Positions 1-11,547 of a stretch of 64,000 nucleotides of DNA are shown in pieces (the stretch's first letter is position 1; each line of letters starts with the position of its first letter). The stretch comes from Candidatus Zixiibacteriota bacterium. Lineage in GTDB: Bacteria > Zixibacteria > MSB-5A5 > GN15 > FEB-12. The notes below the pieces were generated by a model, which was not told the origin of the DNA, searched no databases, and worked only from the letters and a program-made list of their open reading frames with translations. The position numbers and the translations under genes were made by a program. Where the stretch lies: assembly GCA_028289585.1 (NCBI GenBank), contig JANQPI010000020.1, forward strand, positions 96,039-160,038, read 5' to 3'.

Positions 1-379
1 GCTCCGCTACGACGACGTCAGGGCTGATTCGGAACCAGATCGCGCCCTGCTCGACTTCCTCGAATCGACGTATCAGGCGGGTGCTCGTCTTGCGGGATGG
101 GACAAACTCGGTTTCCCGTCCTGATCTTAGTCGACGGATGAGCCCAAGCGCGGCAAAAACTAGACACAACCGACCGAAAAACAGGACTGAACTTATCCCT
201 TTTAGCGCCGGTCGACTCATTTCTATCGCATTGTACAGCAATAGATTAAACAGATATAGCGGCTGCCCGGCCGCCTCGCCTCCAGTTTTCTAGACCCACC
301 CGTACGATTTCCCTTGCTAGACATCGTCTAGCTTCCGATAATATTAACGAGAGCGTAGTGGGCTGCTCTCGCAGACTGA

Positions 380-416
380 AGCCGCAGGCAATTCTTTGAC
401 TTGCGGCTTTTTTGAT
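380..416 (+). terminator. possible rho-independent terminator (GCCGCAG...TTGCGGC stem followed by TTTTTTG) ending an upstream + strand transcript
   Basis: Imperfect 6-7 bp GC stem plus U-tract seen directly; no gene assigned upstream within window. Confidence 0.3.
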
Positions 417-471
417 GCCGCTCTCGCCGACAGTCGTTGCTCCCCCGCCCCTCCCGGTCTAGCATTCTTCT

Positions 472-1659
472 ATGTCAAAACGTCTATTGATTATCGCAGC
501 GTTGCTACTCGCCACGTTCATTCTCGCTACCTACTTCGATATCGATGATCGTTTGGCGGCTCGGATGGTAGAAACCGCTCCGGTGTCGTTTTCCGACGTC
601 GACCAACAACCCGTCGTCACTGAAGTCACCGCCGGTCTAACCGCACCCTGGGGAATGGTTTTCACTGCCCCCAATCGCATTTTGATAACCGAACGACGGG
701 GGACTGTTCGCACTGTCAGAGATGGTCAACTCACTTCCGAGCCGTTACTGATCATCTCCGACCTTGCCCACCGGGCCGATGGTTTCGAGGGTGGGTTGCT
801 CGACATCACACTTCATCCCGACTACGCCACCAATCGCTGGGTGTATCTCGCCTATACCACCCGCATCGATGAGTACAATAACACCCTGGTTGCCCGATAC
901 GTCGATGTCGACTCGGCCTTGGTCGACGAGACGATTATCTTCCCCGGTGTCGAGGGAACGTCGCGCGGCAACCACTTCGGATGTCGATTGCTTTTTGGTC
1001 CCGACGGAAAGCTGTATGTGACGTTGGGCGAACGAGGGGAAAAAGAACGGTCTCAGGATCTCATGGACCTGAATGGAAAGACCTTGCGGTTAAACGACGA
1101 CGGTTCCATTCCCGACGACAATCCGTTTGTGGACCGTGATGACGCCCATCCTGCGATCTATACCTACGGAAACCGCAACAGCCAGGGACTGGCCTTTGAA
1201 CCTGGGAGCGGGCGGCTTTGGTCAACTGACCATGGTCCGTCATGGTACGACGCACCCGGAGGTGGCGATGAGGTCAACATCTATGTCGCCGGTGGCAACT
1301 ACGGATGGCCGATTATTCACCACCGCGAAACGCGCGAAGGGCTCATCTCACCCGTCGCCGAGTACACGCCGGCGGTCGCGCCATCGGGCTGTGCCTTTAT
1401 CGACAGTGAGATCTGGCCGGAATCATGGCGCGGTGATCTGCTTATCGCGTGTCTGGCCGGCCAATGCCTGATCCGACTCGATCTCGAAGACGGCAATATC
1501 TCCCGGCAGATGCGCTTGCTCGACCGCGCGCACGGACGGTTACGACATGTGGCACAGGGCCCTGACGGCGCTATGTACGTCCTAACATCGGACACCGATG
1601 CTTACGGCCCCGGCCGTGATAACGGCGATCAGCTGCTGCGCCTAACCCCGCCTAGTTAA
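472..1659 (+). CDS. PQQ-dependent soluble sugar (glucose/sorbosone) dehydrogenase family protein with N-terminal signal/anchor
   Basis: 395-aa ORF; hydrophobic N-terminus; motifs typical of soluble quinoprotein dehydrogenases (HGP..., GGNYGWP, beta-propeller-like repeats). Confidence 0.75.
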   Translation: MSKRLLIIAALLLATFILATYFDIDDRLAARMVETAPVSFSDVDQQPVVTEVTAGLTAPWGMVFTAPNRILITERRGTVRTVRDGQLTSEPLLIISDLAHRADGFEGGLLDITLHPDYATNRWVYLAYTTRIDEYNNTLVARYVDVDSALVDETIIFPGVEGTSRGNHFGCRLLFGPDGKLYVTLGERGEKERSQDLMDLNGKTLRLNDDGSIPDDNPFVDRDDAHPAIYTYGNRNSQGLAFEPGSGRLWSTDHGPSWYDAPGGGDEVNIYVAGGNYGWPIIHHRETREGLISPVAEYTPAVAPSGCAFIDSEIWPESWRGDLLIACLAGQCLIRLDLEDGNISRQMRLLDRAHGRLRHVAQGPDGAMYVLTSDTDAYGPGRDNGDQLLRLTPPS

Positions 1660-2608
1660 GTTTGGCCGCCGACATGAGCGACGTTAAATCAGTCGTGCGG
1701 GCGGACTGCTCCACTGCCGGTCGATGCTGTTCAAACAACTGTTTACCCTCTTCGACCTTGCCGGCGAACTGTGCCTTGAGATGTTGCATGTCGAGCTTGC
1801 GACCACTGCCGTAATACGACATCGCCACCTGGCCCAACGCCCACGTTGTTCCAAACGTCATCATCGCACCAGTCGCCGTCTGAGCTGCCTTCTTACCGAA
1901 TCCCCCCAGAAAACCACCAAGCAGCTTGCGAGCTGATTGCTCGAGTACCTGCGACGTCATGCCAATACCGACAGTCGCCAGAAACTCTTTGATGTGACCA
2001 CGATCGAGGCCAACGCCGTATGCCTTGCCGACCTGGTACACGAGCTTCATTTGCAGTGGAATAATCGCCATCGTCGCCAACGACTGAGGAAGCAGCTCAA
2101 GCCCCCCGCAGAGAATCGCGAACTTCAGAATCGTGCTGTCGATCGACTTGGTATCGACCGCCACGGGTTGTCCATCGGGTCCCGCGACCGTCGCGGGCAC
2201 AGCGACATCCTGATCAACAGGCGCCTCAGCAAGCGCCTCGGCTTCGGCGACGATCGGTTCGGTGGTGCTGTTATCGAGGGCAAGCGCGGCCTGAAGTGAG
2301 GTCAGCCACGACCGCTCACTGTCCGTCGTTACACCGTCGGCATCGACCACCGCCACAGCAAACTCATAGGTCAACCGTCGCGCTTCAGGAGTGGACAGCA
2401 CAGCGGCTTCGGACTGAAGGTCGGTTTGCTTCAGAAGCACGCGAGTGTAGATCGTCGTTAGGTCGGCTCCTCCCATCGATGCAAAGATCGCTTTGAGTTT
2501 GGTCCGTTCCTGCTCGTCTTTGTCGCCATCGGCAAGTGCGGCCATCAGGGCAATCGCAGCGACGGCTTGTTGCTCTCGCTCGGTCATTGAAAATACTCTC
2601 CTCGTCAT
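1652..2608 (-). CDS. TerB-like N-terminal domain protein fused to an uncharacterised conserved C-terminal domain
   Basis: 318-aa ORF; N-terminus resembles tellurite-resistance TerB fold (AAIALMAALADGDKDEQER..., second TerB-like half), Gly-rich C-terminal domain of unknown function; divergent from the mutase operon. Confidence 0.5.
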   Translation of the reverse strand: MTRRVFSMTEREQQAVAAIALMAALADGDKDEQERTKLKAIFASMGGADLTTIYTRVLLKQTDLQSEAAVLSTPEARRLTYEFAVAVVDADGVTTDSERSWLTSLQAALALDNSTTEPIVAEAEALAEAPVDQDVAVPATVAGPDGQPVAVDTKSIDSTILKFAILCGGLELLPQSLATMAIIPLQMKLVYQVGKAYGVGLDRGHIKEFLATVGIGMTSQVLEQSARKLLGGFLGGFGKKAAQTATGAMMTFGTTWALGQVAMSYYGSGRKLDMQHLKAQFAGKVEEGKQLFEQHRPAVEQSARTTDLTSLMSAAKLN

Positions 2609-2786
2609 TCACGCTATGGTGACTCATTTACCCCGGTCGCACGCCGACAGTTCCCGGTATCGGTACTCTTCGTTTGACCAAGGTCGATGGCACTCATTGA
2701 CGTCGATAACAATGCATCCTATCATGCCCGCGGCAACTGAAACCGCTCACCACAGGCGATCGCCGGACGATCGCAGGGAGGTGCTC

Positions 2787-4925
2787 ATGGCAACTCAGCC
2801 GAACGCTCCGCGGGAGCGCCTGCTTGCCGACTTTCCCATTCCCGACCTCGACGAGTGGCGAGCCGAGGTAACTCGGCTTCTCAAAGGCGCCGACTATGAC
2901 CGGACGATGCAGACGAAGACTCCGGAGGGAATCACGCTGCAACCATTGTATACCGCCGCCGACACCGCCGCATTGTCGCCACCGTCTCCTCCGGGAACGG
3001 CACCATTTGTTCGCGGAACGCGGCGCGTCGCCGACCGCGACCACGCCTGGCAGATCGCCCAGCGCATCGACCACCCCGATTACGCCGCTTACAATGACGC
3101 CCTTCGCTACGACCTCGAACGAGGTGTGACAACTGCCGTGCTGCCGATCGACTTCGCCGGTCGACACGGTCTCGACCCCGACCAGGCACTGACCGGAGAA
3201 GTGGGCAACGACGGTGTTTCGGTCGTTTCGATCCGTGGTTTCAGCCACGCCCTTCGCGGGGTCGACCTCGAACGTGTTCCCGTTACCATTGAAACAGGGT
3301 CATCGGGCCTGTTTTATTATGCCTTGCTGCTGGCTCACGCCGATGCCATCGGCGTTGATCGCGCGAGCCTTCGTGGAACGATTGCCAACGACCCAATCGG
3401 TAGTCTCGCGGCCACCGGAAGCCTTCCCTATCCACTTTCCGGCGCGTTCGACGAAGTTGCCTGCATGACCGCGTACGCCGCAGACGAGACCCCGCACCTG
3501 CATACGGTGCGAGTCGACGGATCCGTGTACGCCGAGGCGGGAGCTAATGCCATTCAGGAACTCGCCGGTGCGATGGCAACCGCAATCACGTATTTACGCG
3601 AAGCCGAACAGCGTGGCGTGTCCCCTACTGTCATGCAGCAACATCTCGGCTTCAGCTTTTCCCTCGGGTCGAATCTTTTCATGGAGATCGCCAAGGTCCG
3701 AGCGGCGCGCCAGCTGTGGAATCGCATTCTTGAGGTGAGTGGCGTTAAGGAGTCCAATCGCTGCTCCACGATTCATGGCAAGACGACGTTACGAACCAAG
3801 ACCGTCTTCGATCCGTATGTCAACATGCTGCGCGATACGACCGAAGCGTTTGCCGGCGCTGCCTCCGGTGTCGATTCGCTTGAGGTTGTCCCCTTCGACA
3901 CGCCCCATGGATTGGCCGACTCGTTCTCTCGCCGTATTGCCCGCAATGTGCAACTGCTCCTGCGTGATGAGTCGAGCCTGGGACGACTCCTCGATCCCGG
4001 GGGTGGGTCCTACTATATCGAAAGCCTCACGGCTCGTCTTGCCGACGATACCTGGCGCGAGATCCAACGCCTTGAAACCGAAGGGGGACTCGTCCCGGGT
4101 CTTCTATCGGGGAGTGTGCAATCATCTATCCAGAACAGCGCATCGGCCGTGCTCACCTCGGTTGCGCGCCGACGGACAGTATTGGTCGGAACGAACCAGT
4201 ACCCCAACGCTCAAGAGCAGCCCTTGGACCGTGATCCGTTTGACTATGACGGCTTCTACACACGACGAGTGGCAGCCTTGGAGGAACTCCGGACCGCAAA
4301 CGAACAAGCCACGGAACTGGCCGTACTAAACCGACTCTCTGAATTGGCCGGCAACGGTGACCCCGCGCAGACTGTGCCCGTACTCATTGAAGCTGCCCGT
4401 CATGGCGCGACGCTGGGCGAGGTGACACGTTCGTTGCCAACCCGCACAGGTGAGGCGATTACCGTCGAAGCGGTGACGCCAATTCGCCTGGCAGAAGAGT
4501 TTGAAGTTCTGCGAGCTTCCGTCGCGGCGAGTACGACCAATACCAACGTCTTCCTTGCCACTGTCGGTCCGGTTGCACGCTACATGCCCCGGCTCGATTT
4601 TGCCGCCAGCTATTTCGAAGTTGGTGGCTTTACGGTTGAGCGGACGAGTGGATTCGCCGATGCTACCGCTGCACTCAACGCGGCCCGGGCGTCCGATGCA
4701 TCCATTGTGGTGATCGTTGGCCTGGATGAGACATATCCGGATGCAATCCCGACCATCGCATCGGGGCTGCCCACAGAACGACTTGTTGTAGTCGCCGGTC
4801 CACCACCCGACGAACCAACGGAACGTCAATACAACGAAGCGGGGGTCGACGTGTACATTCACCTCCGGTCGAACATCCTCGAAGTGCTCACCGGCATAGC
4901 CGAACGCGTGGGGGTTGAGCGATGA
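2787..4925 (+). CDS. mutA: methylmalonyl-CoA mutase small (beta) subunit
   Basis: In-frame ATG at 2787 inside the 2493..4925 ORF; mutase fold signatures ([10 protein letters not shown]), no B12-binding DxHxxG; stop overlaps start of the large subunit (ATGA). Confidence 0.8.
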   Translation: MATQPNAPRERLLADFPIPDLDEWRAEVTRLLKGADYDRTMQTKTPEGITLQPLYTAADTAALSPPSPPGTAPFVRGTRRVADRDHAWQIAQRIDHPDYAAYNDALRYDLERGVTTAVLPIDFAGRHGLDPDQALTGEVGNDGVSVVSIRGFSHALRGVDLERVPVTIETGSSGLFYYALLLAHADAIGVDRASLRGTIANDPIGSLAATGSLPYPLSGAFDEVACMTAYAADETPHLHTVRVDGSVYAEAGANAIQELAGAMATAITYLREAEQRGVSPTVMQQHLGFSFSLGSNLFMEIAKVRAARQLWNRILEVSGVKESNRCSTIHGKTTLRTKTVFDPYVNMLRDTTEAFAGAASGVDSLEVVPFDTPHGLADSFSRRIARNVQLLLRDESSLGRLLDPGGGSYYIESLTARLADDTWREIQRLETEGGLVPGLLSGSVQSSIQNSASAVLTSVARRRTVLVGTNQYPNAQEQPLDRDPFDYDGFYTRRVAALEELRTANEQATELAVLNRLSELAGNGDPAQTVPVLIEAARHGATLGEVTRSLPTRTGEAITVEAVTPIRLAEEFEVLRASVAASTTNTNVFLATVGPVARYMPRLDFAASYFEVGGFTVERTSGFADATAALNAARASDASIVVIVGLDETYPDAIPTIASGLPTERLVVVAGPPPDEPTERQYNEAGVDVYIHLRSNILEVLTGIAERVGVER

Positions 4926-7072
4926 GTGCGATTCCGAATTTTGCCGAAGTGGCGCTGAACGGCGATCACCAAAACACCGACAACGATGCGACTCGATCCG
5001 ATTCGGTCTGGCTGACACCCGAACAGATCGAGGTTCGGCCGTTCTACGAGGCCGACGATATCGGCGATGCCGAACAGACCGCCTATCTGCCCGGCCTCCC
5101 ACCATTCCACCGAGGACCGTACGCGACAATGTACGTGATGCGTCCGTGGACGATACGTCAGTACGCCGGTTTCTCGACCGCTGAGGAATCGAACGCTTTC
5201 TACCGGCGGAATCTCGCCGCCGGTCAACGCGGACTATCAGTCGCGTTTGATCTCGCCACCCACCGTGGCTACGACTCGGACCATCCACGGGTTGTTGGCG
5301 ATGTCGGCAAGGCGGGCGTGGCGATCGATACAATTGACGACATGAAGATCCTCTTCGATGGCATCCCGCTTGATCGCATGTCGGTGTCGATGACGATGAA
5401 CGGGGCAGTGCTACCGGTCATGGCATTCTACATTGTTGCGGCCCTCGAACAGGGAGCAACACTCGATCAGCTCACCGGAACAATCCAGAATGACATTCTC
5501 AAAGAGTACATGGTCCGCAATACGTACATCTATCCGCCGGCCGGATCGATGCGGATCATTGGTGACATCATCGCCTACACGGCCGAGCAGATGCCGAAGT
5601 TCAACTCCATATCGATCTCCGGCTATCACATGCAAGAAGCAGGCGCCACGGCTGATCTCGAAATGGCGTACACGCTGGCTGACGGCCTTGAGTATGTCCG
5701 CACCGGCCTGAACGCCGGGCTGACAATCGACCAGTTCGCACCGCGACTGTCGTTCTTCTGGGCGGTCGGTATGAATCCTTTCATGGAGATCGCCAAGATG
5801 CGCGCCGGGCGGGCACTGTGGGCGAAGCTGATCAAGCAATTCGACCCGAAAAACCCGAAGTCACTCATGCTGCGGACACACTGTCAGACATCAGGGTGGT
5901 CACTGACCGAACAGGATCCATTTAACAACGTCGCCCGGACCTGTCTTGAAGCGATGGCGGCCGCGATGGGACATACGCAATCCCTGCATACCAATGCTCT
6001 CGATGAAGCGATTGCATTGCCGACCGACTTCTCAGCCCGCATCGCCCGGAATACACAATTATATCTGCAGCATGAAACGGGCATCTGCGACGTCATCGAT
6101 CCGTGGGGCGGTTCGTATTATGTCGAATACCTCACCGATCAGCTGATGACACGAGGTTGGGCACACATTCAGGAAGTCGAGAAGCTTGGTGGAATGGCCA
6201 AAGCAATCGAGACCGGATTGCCGAAGATGCGCATCGAAGAGGCCGCTGCCCGCCGTCAGGCGAAAATCGACTCCGGCGCCGAGGTGATTGTTGGGACCAA
6301 CAAGTATCGACTCGACAAAGAGGATCCGATCGAAACGCTCGAAGTCGACAACCAAGCCGTGCGGCGGAGCCAGATTGAACGTATTCAACAGGTGAAAGCG
6401 AAGCGCGATGAAGCTGCGGTCAAAGAAGCGCTTGCTCGTCTGACCGCGGCCGCCGAAAGTGGATCGGGGAATCTGCTCGCCCTCTCAGTAGAAGCTGCTA
6501 AAAACCGAGCCACGCTCGGGGAGATCAGTTATGCGATGGAGAAAATCTGGGGACGGCATGTTGCGGAAACCAAGACAATCTCCGGGGTTTACTCAGCGGA
6601 GTATGCGGACATGACGACGATCAGCGACGTCCGGAAACTGACCGACCAGTTTGAGCATTCGGAAGGACGGCGACCACGTATTCTGATTGCCAAGATGGGT
6701 CAGGACGGTCACGACCGCGGCGCTAAAGTAATCGCGACCGCGTTCGCCGATCTCGGCTTTGATGTCGACGTTGGACCGCTCTTCCAGACTCCCGAAGAAA
6801 CCGCCCGCCAGGCAGTTGAAAATGATGTCCACGTTGTCGGGATGTCGTCGCTGGCCGCCGGTCACAAGACGCTGCTTCCGCAGTTGATTGACGAACTGAA
6901 GAAGCTTAATCGTGAGGACATTCTCGTGGTTGTCGGTGGGGTCATTCCCCATGCCGACTACGATACTCTCTACGAAATGGGTGCTGCGGCGATCTTTGGC
7001 CCGGGGACCGTCATTCCCGAAGCAGCACGTGACATTCTCGCCAAGCTCGGTCTGAAAGCCGCTGCTGAATAG
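4922..7072 (+). CDS. mutB: methylmalonyl-CoA mutase large (alpha) subunit with C-terminal B12-binding domain
   Basis: 716 aa; [11 protein letters not shown]-terminal cobalamin-binding motif [21 protein letters not shown]; 4-bp overlap with mutA. Confidence 0.93.
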   Translation: MSAIPNFAEVALNGDHQNTDNDATRSDSVWLTPEQIEVRPFYEADDIGDAEQTAYLPGLPPFHRGPYATMYVMRPWTIRQYAGFSTAEESNAFYRRNLAAGQRGLSVAFDLATHRGYDSDHPRVVGDVGKAGVAIDTIDDMKILFDGIPLDRMSVSMTMNGAVLPVMAFYIVAALEQGATLDQLTGTIQNDILKEYMVRNTYIYPPAGSMRIIGDIIAYTAEQMPKFNSISISGYHMQEAGATADLEMAYTLADGLEYVRTGLNAGLTIDQFAPRLSFFWAVGMNPFMEIAKMRAGRALWAKLIKQFDPKNPKSLMLRTHCQTSGWSLTEQDPFNNVARTCLEAMAAAMGHTQSLHTNALDEAIALPTDFSARIARNTQLYLQHETGICDVIDPWGGSYYVEYLTDQLMTRGWAHIQEVEKLGGMAKAIETGLPKMRIEEAAARRQAKIDSGAEVIVGTNKYRLDKEDPIETLEVDNQAVRRSQIERIQQVKAKRDEAAVKEALARLTAAAESGSGNLLALSVEAAKNRATLGEISYAMEKIWGRHVAETKTISGVYSAEYADMTTISDVRKLTDQFEHSEGRRPRILIAKMGQDGHDRGAKVIATAFADLGFDVDVGPLFQTPEETARQAVENDVHVVGMSSLAAGHKTLLPQLIDELKKLNREDILVVVGGVIPHADYDTLYEMGAAAIFGPGTVIPEAARDILAKLGLKAAAE

Positions 7073-8067
7073 TGGTATCGAATCAACGGACGCTCACACC
7101 GGAAGTACTTGCCTCCGGTGTCCGCGCAGGCGATCGCACGCTGCTGGGCCGGGCAATTACGCTGATTGAATCGAACGCGCCGCACCATCAGGCGGATGCC
7201 CAGTCCCTGCTCAAGCTGTTGCTTCCTGATACCGGAAACTCGATCCGACTCGGCATCACCGGTGTGCCCGGGGCTGGTAAATCGACCCTCATTGAAGCGC
7301 TCGGTCAATATGTCATCGACAAGGGACACCGGGTCGCGGTGCTCGCCGTCGATCCGTCGTCATCCTTAACGCGAGGATCAATTCTCGGCGACAAAACACG
7401 CATGCAAACGCTGTCGACAAATGACAACGCGTTCATTCGACCGTCGCCGTCCGGAGGTACACTCGGTGGCGTTGCCCGTAAAACCCGCGAGTCGATGCTG
7501 CTCTTTGAGGCAGCGGGCTATGATGTGATTATTGTCGAGACAATTGGTGTCGGGCAGAGCGAGATTACCGTCCGGTCATTGGTTGATTTCTTCCTGCTCA
7601 TTCAACTCGCCGGCGCTGGGGATGAACTACAGGGAATCAAACGTGGTGTCATGGAGTTGGCCGATTGCATCGCGGTGAACAAAGCCGACGGCGACAATGA
7701 GCAGCGTGCGAAAACCGCGGCGGCCGACCTCGAACGGGCGGTGCACTACCTGCAACCGGCGACCGAGGGGTGGACAACCAAAGTGATGACTGTCTCAGCC
7801 CTGGCTGGTGTCAATATCGAGATGGCATGGTCGACGGTCGAAGAGTTCGTCGCAATTGCCAAGACCAATGGGGCGTTTGAGACGCGGCGACGGTCTCAAC
7901 AGACAGAGTGGCTGCACGCGATGATCCGCGAACGGCTGGCCGAGCGTTTCTACTCTGATCCGAGAGTCGCTGCCCACCTCAACGAGATCGAACACGATGT
8001 CGCCAATGGACAACTGCCCGTCACAGAAGCAGCCATGAAGCTGCTGGGCTACACCGAGACGGACTAA
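7072..8067 (+). CDS. meaB: methylmalonyl-CoA mutase-associated G-protein chaperone (MeaB/ArgK family)
   Basis: Walker A GVPGAGKST, switch regions, NKAD motif; GTG start overlapping mutB stop by 1 nt (translational coupling). Confidence 0.9.
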   Translation: MVSNQRTLTPEVLASGVRAGDRTLLGRAITLIESNAPHHQADAQSLLKLLLPDTGNSIRLGITGVPGAGKSTLIEALGQYVIDKGHRVAVLAVDPSSSLTRGSILGDKTRMQTLSTNDNAFIRPSPSGGTLGGVARKTRESMLLFEAAGYDVIIVETIGVGQSEITVRSLVDFFLLIQLAGAGDELQGIKRGVMELADCIAVNKADGDNEQRAKTAAADLERAVHYLQPATEGWTTKVMTVSALAGVNIEMAWSTVEEFVAIAKTNGAFETRRRSQQTEWLHAMIRERLAERFYSDPRVAAHLNEIEHDVANGQLPVTEAAMKLLGYTETD

Positions 8068-9098
8068 ACTGCGGCTGGCTCGACGTTCTTCTTTTTGGCG
8101 AGAATCGACCGATCGACCAACGCTTTTCGAACCGTGTGAGAAAGGCGACCGAGTCCTTCAATCTCAAGATCGATTGAGTCACCATCCTCCAACCACGTCG
8201 GCATGAATTCACGACCGGCTTTCTTCGCTTCCAACGCTCCGGTGCCATTCAACTCCAGGTAACAGCCAGTACCAACCGTGCCGGAACCAATCACATCACC
8301 CGGGAAGATCTCAACACCGTACGAAACGCGTTCGATAATCTCAGCAAACGTCCAATTCATGTCGGCGAGGTTTCCTTCGGACACCTGGGTGCCGTTGTGC
8401 CACGCTTTCATCGATAGATTCCAGACGGTGCCGACGCCCTGTGAGCTCGGCGCGGATTTGTCGCGTAACTCATCGAGGGTGACCAGCCACGGACCAATTG
8501 ATGTGGCAAAGTCTTTCCCTTTTGCCGGCCCGAGAGAGAGCTTCATCTCCTCCATCTGGAGGACGCGTGCCGAGAAGTCGTTCATGATCGTCAGGCCGGC
8601 GATATACTGGTCGGCCTCGGCTGCCGGGATGTTTTTCCCATGACGACCGATGACAATGGCTGCTTCGAGTTCAAAATCGAGCTTGTGCAGGTGATCCGAT
8701 TCGACCTCCAAGTCACCACCACCGATGACTGAGTTGTGGTTGGTAAAATAGAAGACCGGAAACTGGTCGAACTCGGGAATCATATCGACGCCGCGGTTGC
8801 GCCGCGCGGTAGCAACGTGCTGACGAAAGGCGTAGGCATCACGGCATGACGGTGGTTTCGGGACGGGTGCAAGGAGCGTCGCATCGATGGCGTTAAGGGA
8901 AATCGAACCGTTAATGACCGCGTCCTGAACTTGTCTGGCAGTTGTCATTGCCGACTCACCCGCCGCGAGAAACGCGTTCATGTCTGCCGGAACCGACTGC
9001 TTGATTGCCACCGCACCCGCAGCAAGATCATAGATAGCACCGTCAATAAAAAGCCCCGCGTGACTGTGGCCACCGTGGGCATAGCTGACAAGTTTCAT
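8064..9098 (-). CDS. fumarylacetoacetate hydrolase (FAH) family protein, likely last step of homogentisate pathway
   Basis: 344-aa ORF with FAH-family fold motifs; co-directional with and immediately downstream of aminotransferase/hmgA/hppD. Confidence 0.75.
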   Translation of the reverse strand: MKLVSYAHGGHSHAGLFIDGAIYDLAAGAVAIKQSVPADMNAFLAAGESAMTTARQVQDAVINGSISLNAIDATLLAPVPKPPSCRDAYAFRQHVATARRNRGVDMIPEFDQFPVFYFTNHNSVIGGGDLEVESDHLHKLDFELEAAIVIGRHGKNIPAAEADQYIAGLTIMNDFSARVLQMEEMKLSLGPAKGKDFATSIGPWLVTLDELRDKSAPSSQGVGTVWNLSMKAWHNGTQVSEGNLADMNWTFAEIIERVSYGVEIFPGDVIGSGTVGTGCYLELNGTGALEAKKAGREFMPTWLEDGDSIDLEIEGLGRLSHTVRKALVDRSILAKKKNVEPAAV

Positions 9099-9106
9099 AA
9101 AACGTT

Positions 9107-10240
9107 CTAGCCCGCCGTTACCGCCGGGACTCCCTCCTGTTGTAGTGTCGTATAGACGTCGGCCACAATGTTCAGGGCCTCATTGGTTTCTTCCACGGTT
9201 CCCGTGTTGATTCGCACAGCTTCCGGTAAACCGAATGGTTTGACATGACGGAGAATCAATCCTCGGTCAAGACAGCCCATAGTGAACGCATAAGCGAACG
9301 CTTCGGACTCCAACACCAGGAGAATGAAATTCGCCGCACTCGGCACCTGGCGCATCCCGAGCTCGTCGAAGCGCTGGCGCATGATATCAAGCATCCGGTT
9401 GTTCAGTTCAACCGTGCGACTGACAAAATCGTGATCGTCGAGTGCGGCAATCGCTGCTACCTGAGCCGGTAATGACGGTTCAAACGGCAGTTTGACCTTG
9501 TACATTTCCCGAATGATTTGCGCATCGGCAATCGCGTAGCCAACCCGCAGCCCGGCCAGACCGTAATCTTTCGACAGCGTCCGCGTGACAATGAGATTGT
9601 CGTAGTTGAAATCCAGACCATTCGGATAGTCATCGAGATGAACCGAGTAGTTGTAGTACGCCTCATCGAGAACGACATAGACGTCCGACGGTACTTGTTC
9701 CATGAACGCGGCTAGGTCAGCTGTCCGGACATACGTTCCCGTCGGATTGTTGGCGTTTGCGATATACACGAGCCGAGTCTGTGGTGTAATCGCTTCCGCA
9801 ATTCTACTCAGATCGTACCCGTAGTCGGTCAGCGGAACGGTCACGAGCTTTCGGCCGTGCTTTCGCACATTGACATACATGCCAATGAACGTTCCCTCGG
9901 CGGTAACGACCGAATCATCCGGACCGACCAACGCCTTGACCATGTATGAGAGCAGTGCATCGGTACCAGCACCGCAGATAATCTGATCAGCCGGGCGTCC
10001 ATGAACGGTCGACAGCTTCTGAATCAGATCATGAGCGGCCGGATCGACATAGCGCCAGACTCCGTCGAGCGCATCACGTGCAGCAGCAATCGCCGCTGGT
10101 GAGGCGCCGAGAGGATTCTCATTCGACGCCAACTTGATGATGCGCGTCAGCCCCTTCTCGCGAGCCAACTCCTCGACCGGCTTGCCGGCAATATACGGAC
10201 GCAACGCCTGGATATGCTCGGGGATGCGGAATTCGGTCAT
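9107..10240 (-). CDS. class I/II PLP-dependent aminotransferase (HisC/aromatic aminotransferase family), probable tyrosine aminotransferase
   Basis: 377 aa; PLP-lysine region ...TLSKDYGLAGLRVGY...; operon context with hmgA/hppD. Confidence 0.85.
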   Translation of the reverse strand: MTEFRIPEHIQALRPYIAGKPVEELAREKGLTRIIKLASNENPLGASPAAIAAARDALDGVWRYVDPAAHDLIQKLSTVHGRPADQIICGAGTDALLSYMVKALVGPDDSVVTAEGTFIGMYVNVRKHGRKLVTVPLTDYGYDLSRIAEAITPQTRLVYIANANNPTGTYVRTADLAAFMEQVPSDVYVVLDEAYYNYSVHLDDYPNGLDFNYDNLIVTRTLSKDYGLAGLRVGYAIADAQIIREMYKVKLPFEPSLPAQVAAIAALDDHDFVSRTVELNNRMLDIMRQRFDELGMRQVPSAANFILLVLESEAFAYAFTMGCLDRGLILRHVKPFGLPEAVRINTGTVEETNEALNIVADVYTTLQQEGVPAVTAG

Positions 10241-10301
10241 TGCAATCGTACCCTAACTCTATCCACCGCAACACATACCGGCCCCGCCGGTTCCACCGAC
10301 C

Positions 10302-11468
10302 CTACTCGAGCCATGAGTGAGCGTAATCCCGATCGAGCGTCTTCTGGGCGTTGGTTGTCGGCAAAAGCGGCTGGTACGTATCAATCATGATCGCGTACTC
10401 CTCGGTCTTCTCCTTGCCGACCGAATCTTCGGTCTTGCCCGGTTGCGGACCGTGGGGCATCCCTCCCGGATGCAACGTTATCGATCCGTTCTTCACACCC
10501 TTACGCGACATGAAGTCACCGTCGACGTAGTACAGTACCTCATCCGAATCGATGTTCGAGTGGAAATACGGTGCCGGAATTGCGCCGGGATAGAAATCGT
10601 ACAGACGCGGGACGAAGTTGCAGAGTATGAACTGACCCGTTTTGAAACAGAGATGTACCGGCGGCGGGAGATGAATCCGACCGACTTTCGGATGGTAGCT
10701 CTTGATGTTAAACGCAAACGGATAGAGGAAGCCATCCCAGCCAACGACACCGAACGGATGATGTGGCATGATATGTTCGAAGAAACGCTCACCCGCCTTG
10801 AGAATGACGACAAAGTCACCAGCCTCATCCGACGGTTCCAGATACTCCGGCGCCTTGAAATCGCGCTCGGCATACGGCGCGTCCTCAGTCATCTGACCGT
10901 ATTCATTACGGTAGTTGCGGGGAATTTCGTAGGCGGTCGATGATTCGCAGATCATCAGTTTGTTGTTCGCAGTGTAGTCGTCGAACTTGATCTGATACGT
11001 CACCGCTCGTGGCACGATAATCTGGTCGCCCGGCTCGAACCGAATCTTGCCGAACTCCGAAAGCATCTCCCCCTCGCCGTGGTGGATGAAAACGTACTCC
11101 GCACCGTAGGCGTTGCGGAAGAATTCGTCGGTGTCCTTGTTCACGTGTGCGGTGTAGATCTTGCAGTGATCGTTGTAGAGGAAGAGATTCCGCGACCGAA
11201 TGAAATCCCCCGGCGTCTGCAGGTCATCGGTGAAGAAATGATGATATAACACCGGTGCTTCCGGCCAGGAGACATCCTGAGTCATTTCCGGAAGGTGCCG
11301 CACGGATTTGACCGCGGTTGGCAAGTTGTAGTGATACTTGTTCGAATAGACACCCGAGAAACCCTTCGACGAAAACAACTCCTCGCGATAGAGCGACTTG
11401 CCGTCTTTCTTGAAGAACGTTGTGTGTTTGACGCGGGGAATATCCCCGACACTATGGTAAAATGGCAT
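10302..11468 (-). CDS. hmgA: homogentisate 1,2-dioxygenase
   Basis: 388 aa, typical HGD length and sequence pattern (cupin fold); follows hppD. Confidence 0.9.
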   Translation of the reverse strand: MPFYHSVGDIPRVKHTTFFKKDGKSLYREELFSSKGFSGVYSNKYHYNLPTAVKSVRHLPEMTQDVSWPEAPVLYHHFFTDDLQTPGDFIRSRNLFLYNDHCKIYTAHVNKDTDEFFRNAYGAEYVFIHHGEGEMLSEFGKIRFEPGDQIIVPRAVTYQIKFDDYTANNKLMICESSTAYEIPRNYRNEYGQMTEDAPYAERDFKAPEYLEPSDEAGDFVVILKAGERFFEHIMPHHPFGVVGWDGFLYPFAFNIKSYHPKVGRIHLPPPVHLCFKTGQFILCNFVPRLYDFYPGAIPAPYFHSNIDSDEVLYYVDGDFMSRKGVKNGSITLHPGGMPHGPQPGKTEDSVGKEKTEEYAIMIDTYQPLLPTTNAQKTLDRDYAHSWLE

Positions 11469-11547
11469 CGTTGCCTCGCATACTCAGTTGTGAATTCACT
11501 CTCACTTCCCGTCGGCTGGTAACCAAAAGGAGGGGACGACGTCCCCC

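Noticed and set aside
2608-2787. Possible cobalamin riboswitch upstream of the methylmalonyl-CoA mutase genes
   Set aside because: No B12-box-like conserved core (e.g. GCCACTG) or recognisable riboswitch structure by eye in the leader; would need a covariance-model scan to exclude
4326-5333. 335-aa ORF on the minus strand (and 2694-3248, 2932-3189 minus-strand ORFs) overlapping mutA/mutB
   Set aside because: Arg/Pro/Ser-rich antisense translations of high-GC coding DNA; the sense-strand mutase genes have clear family signatures
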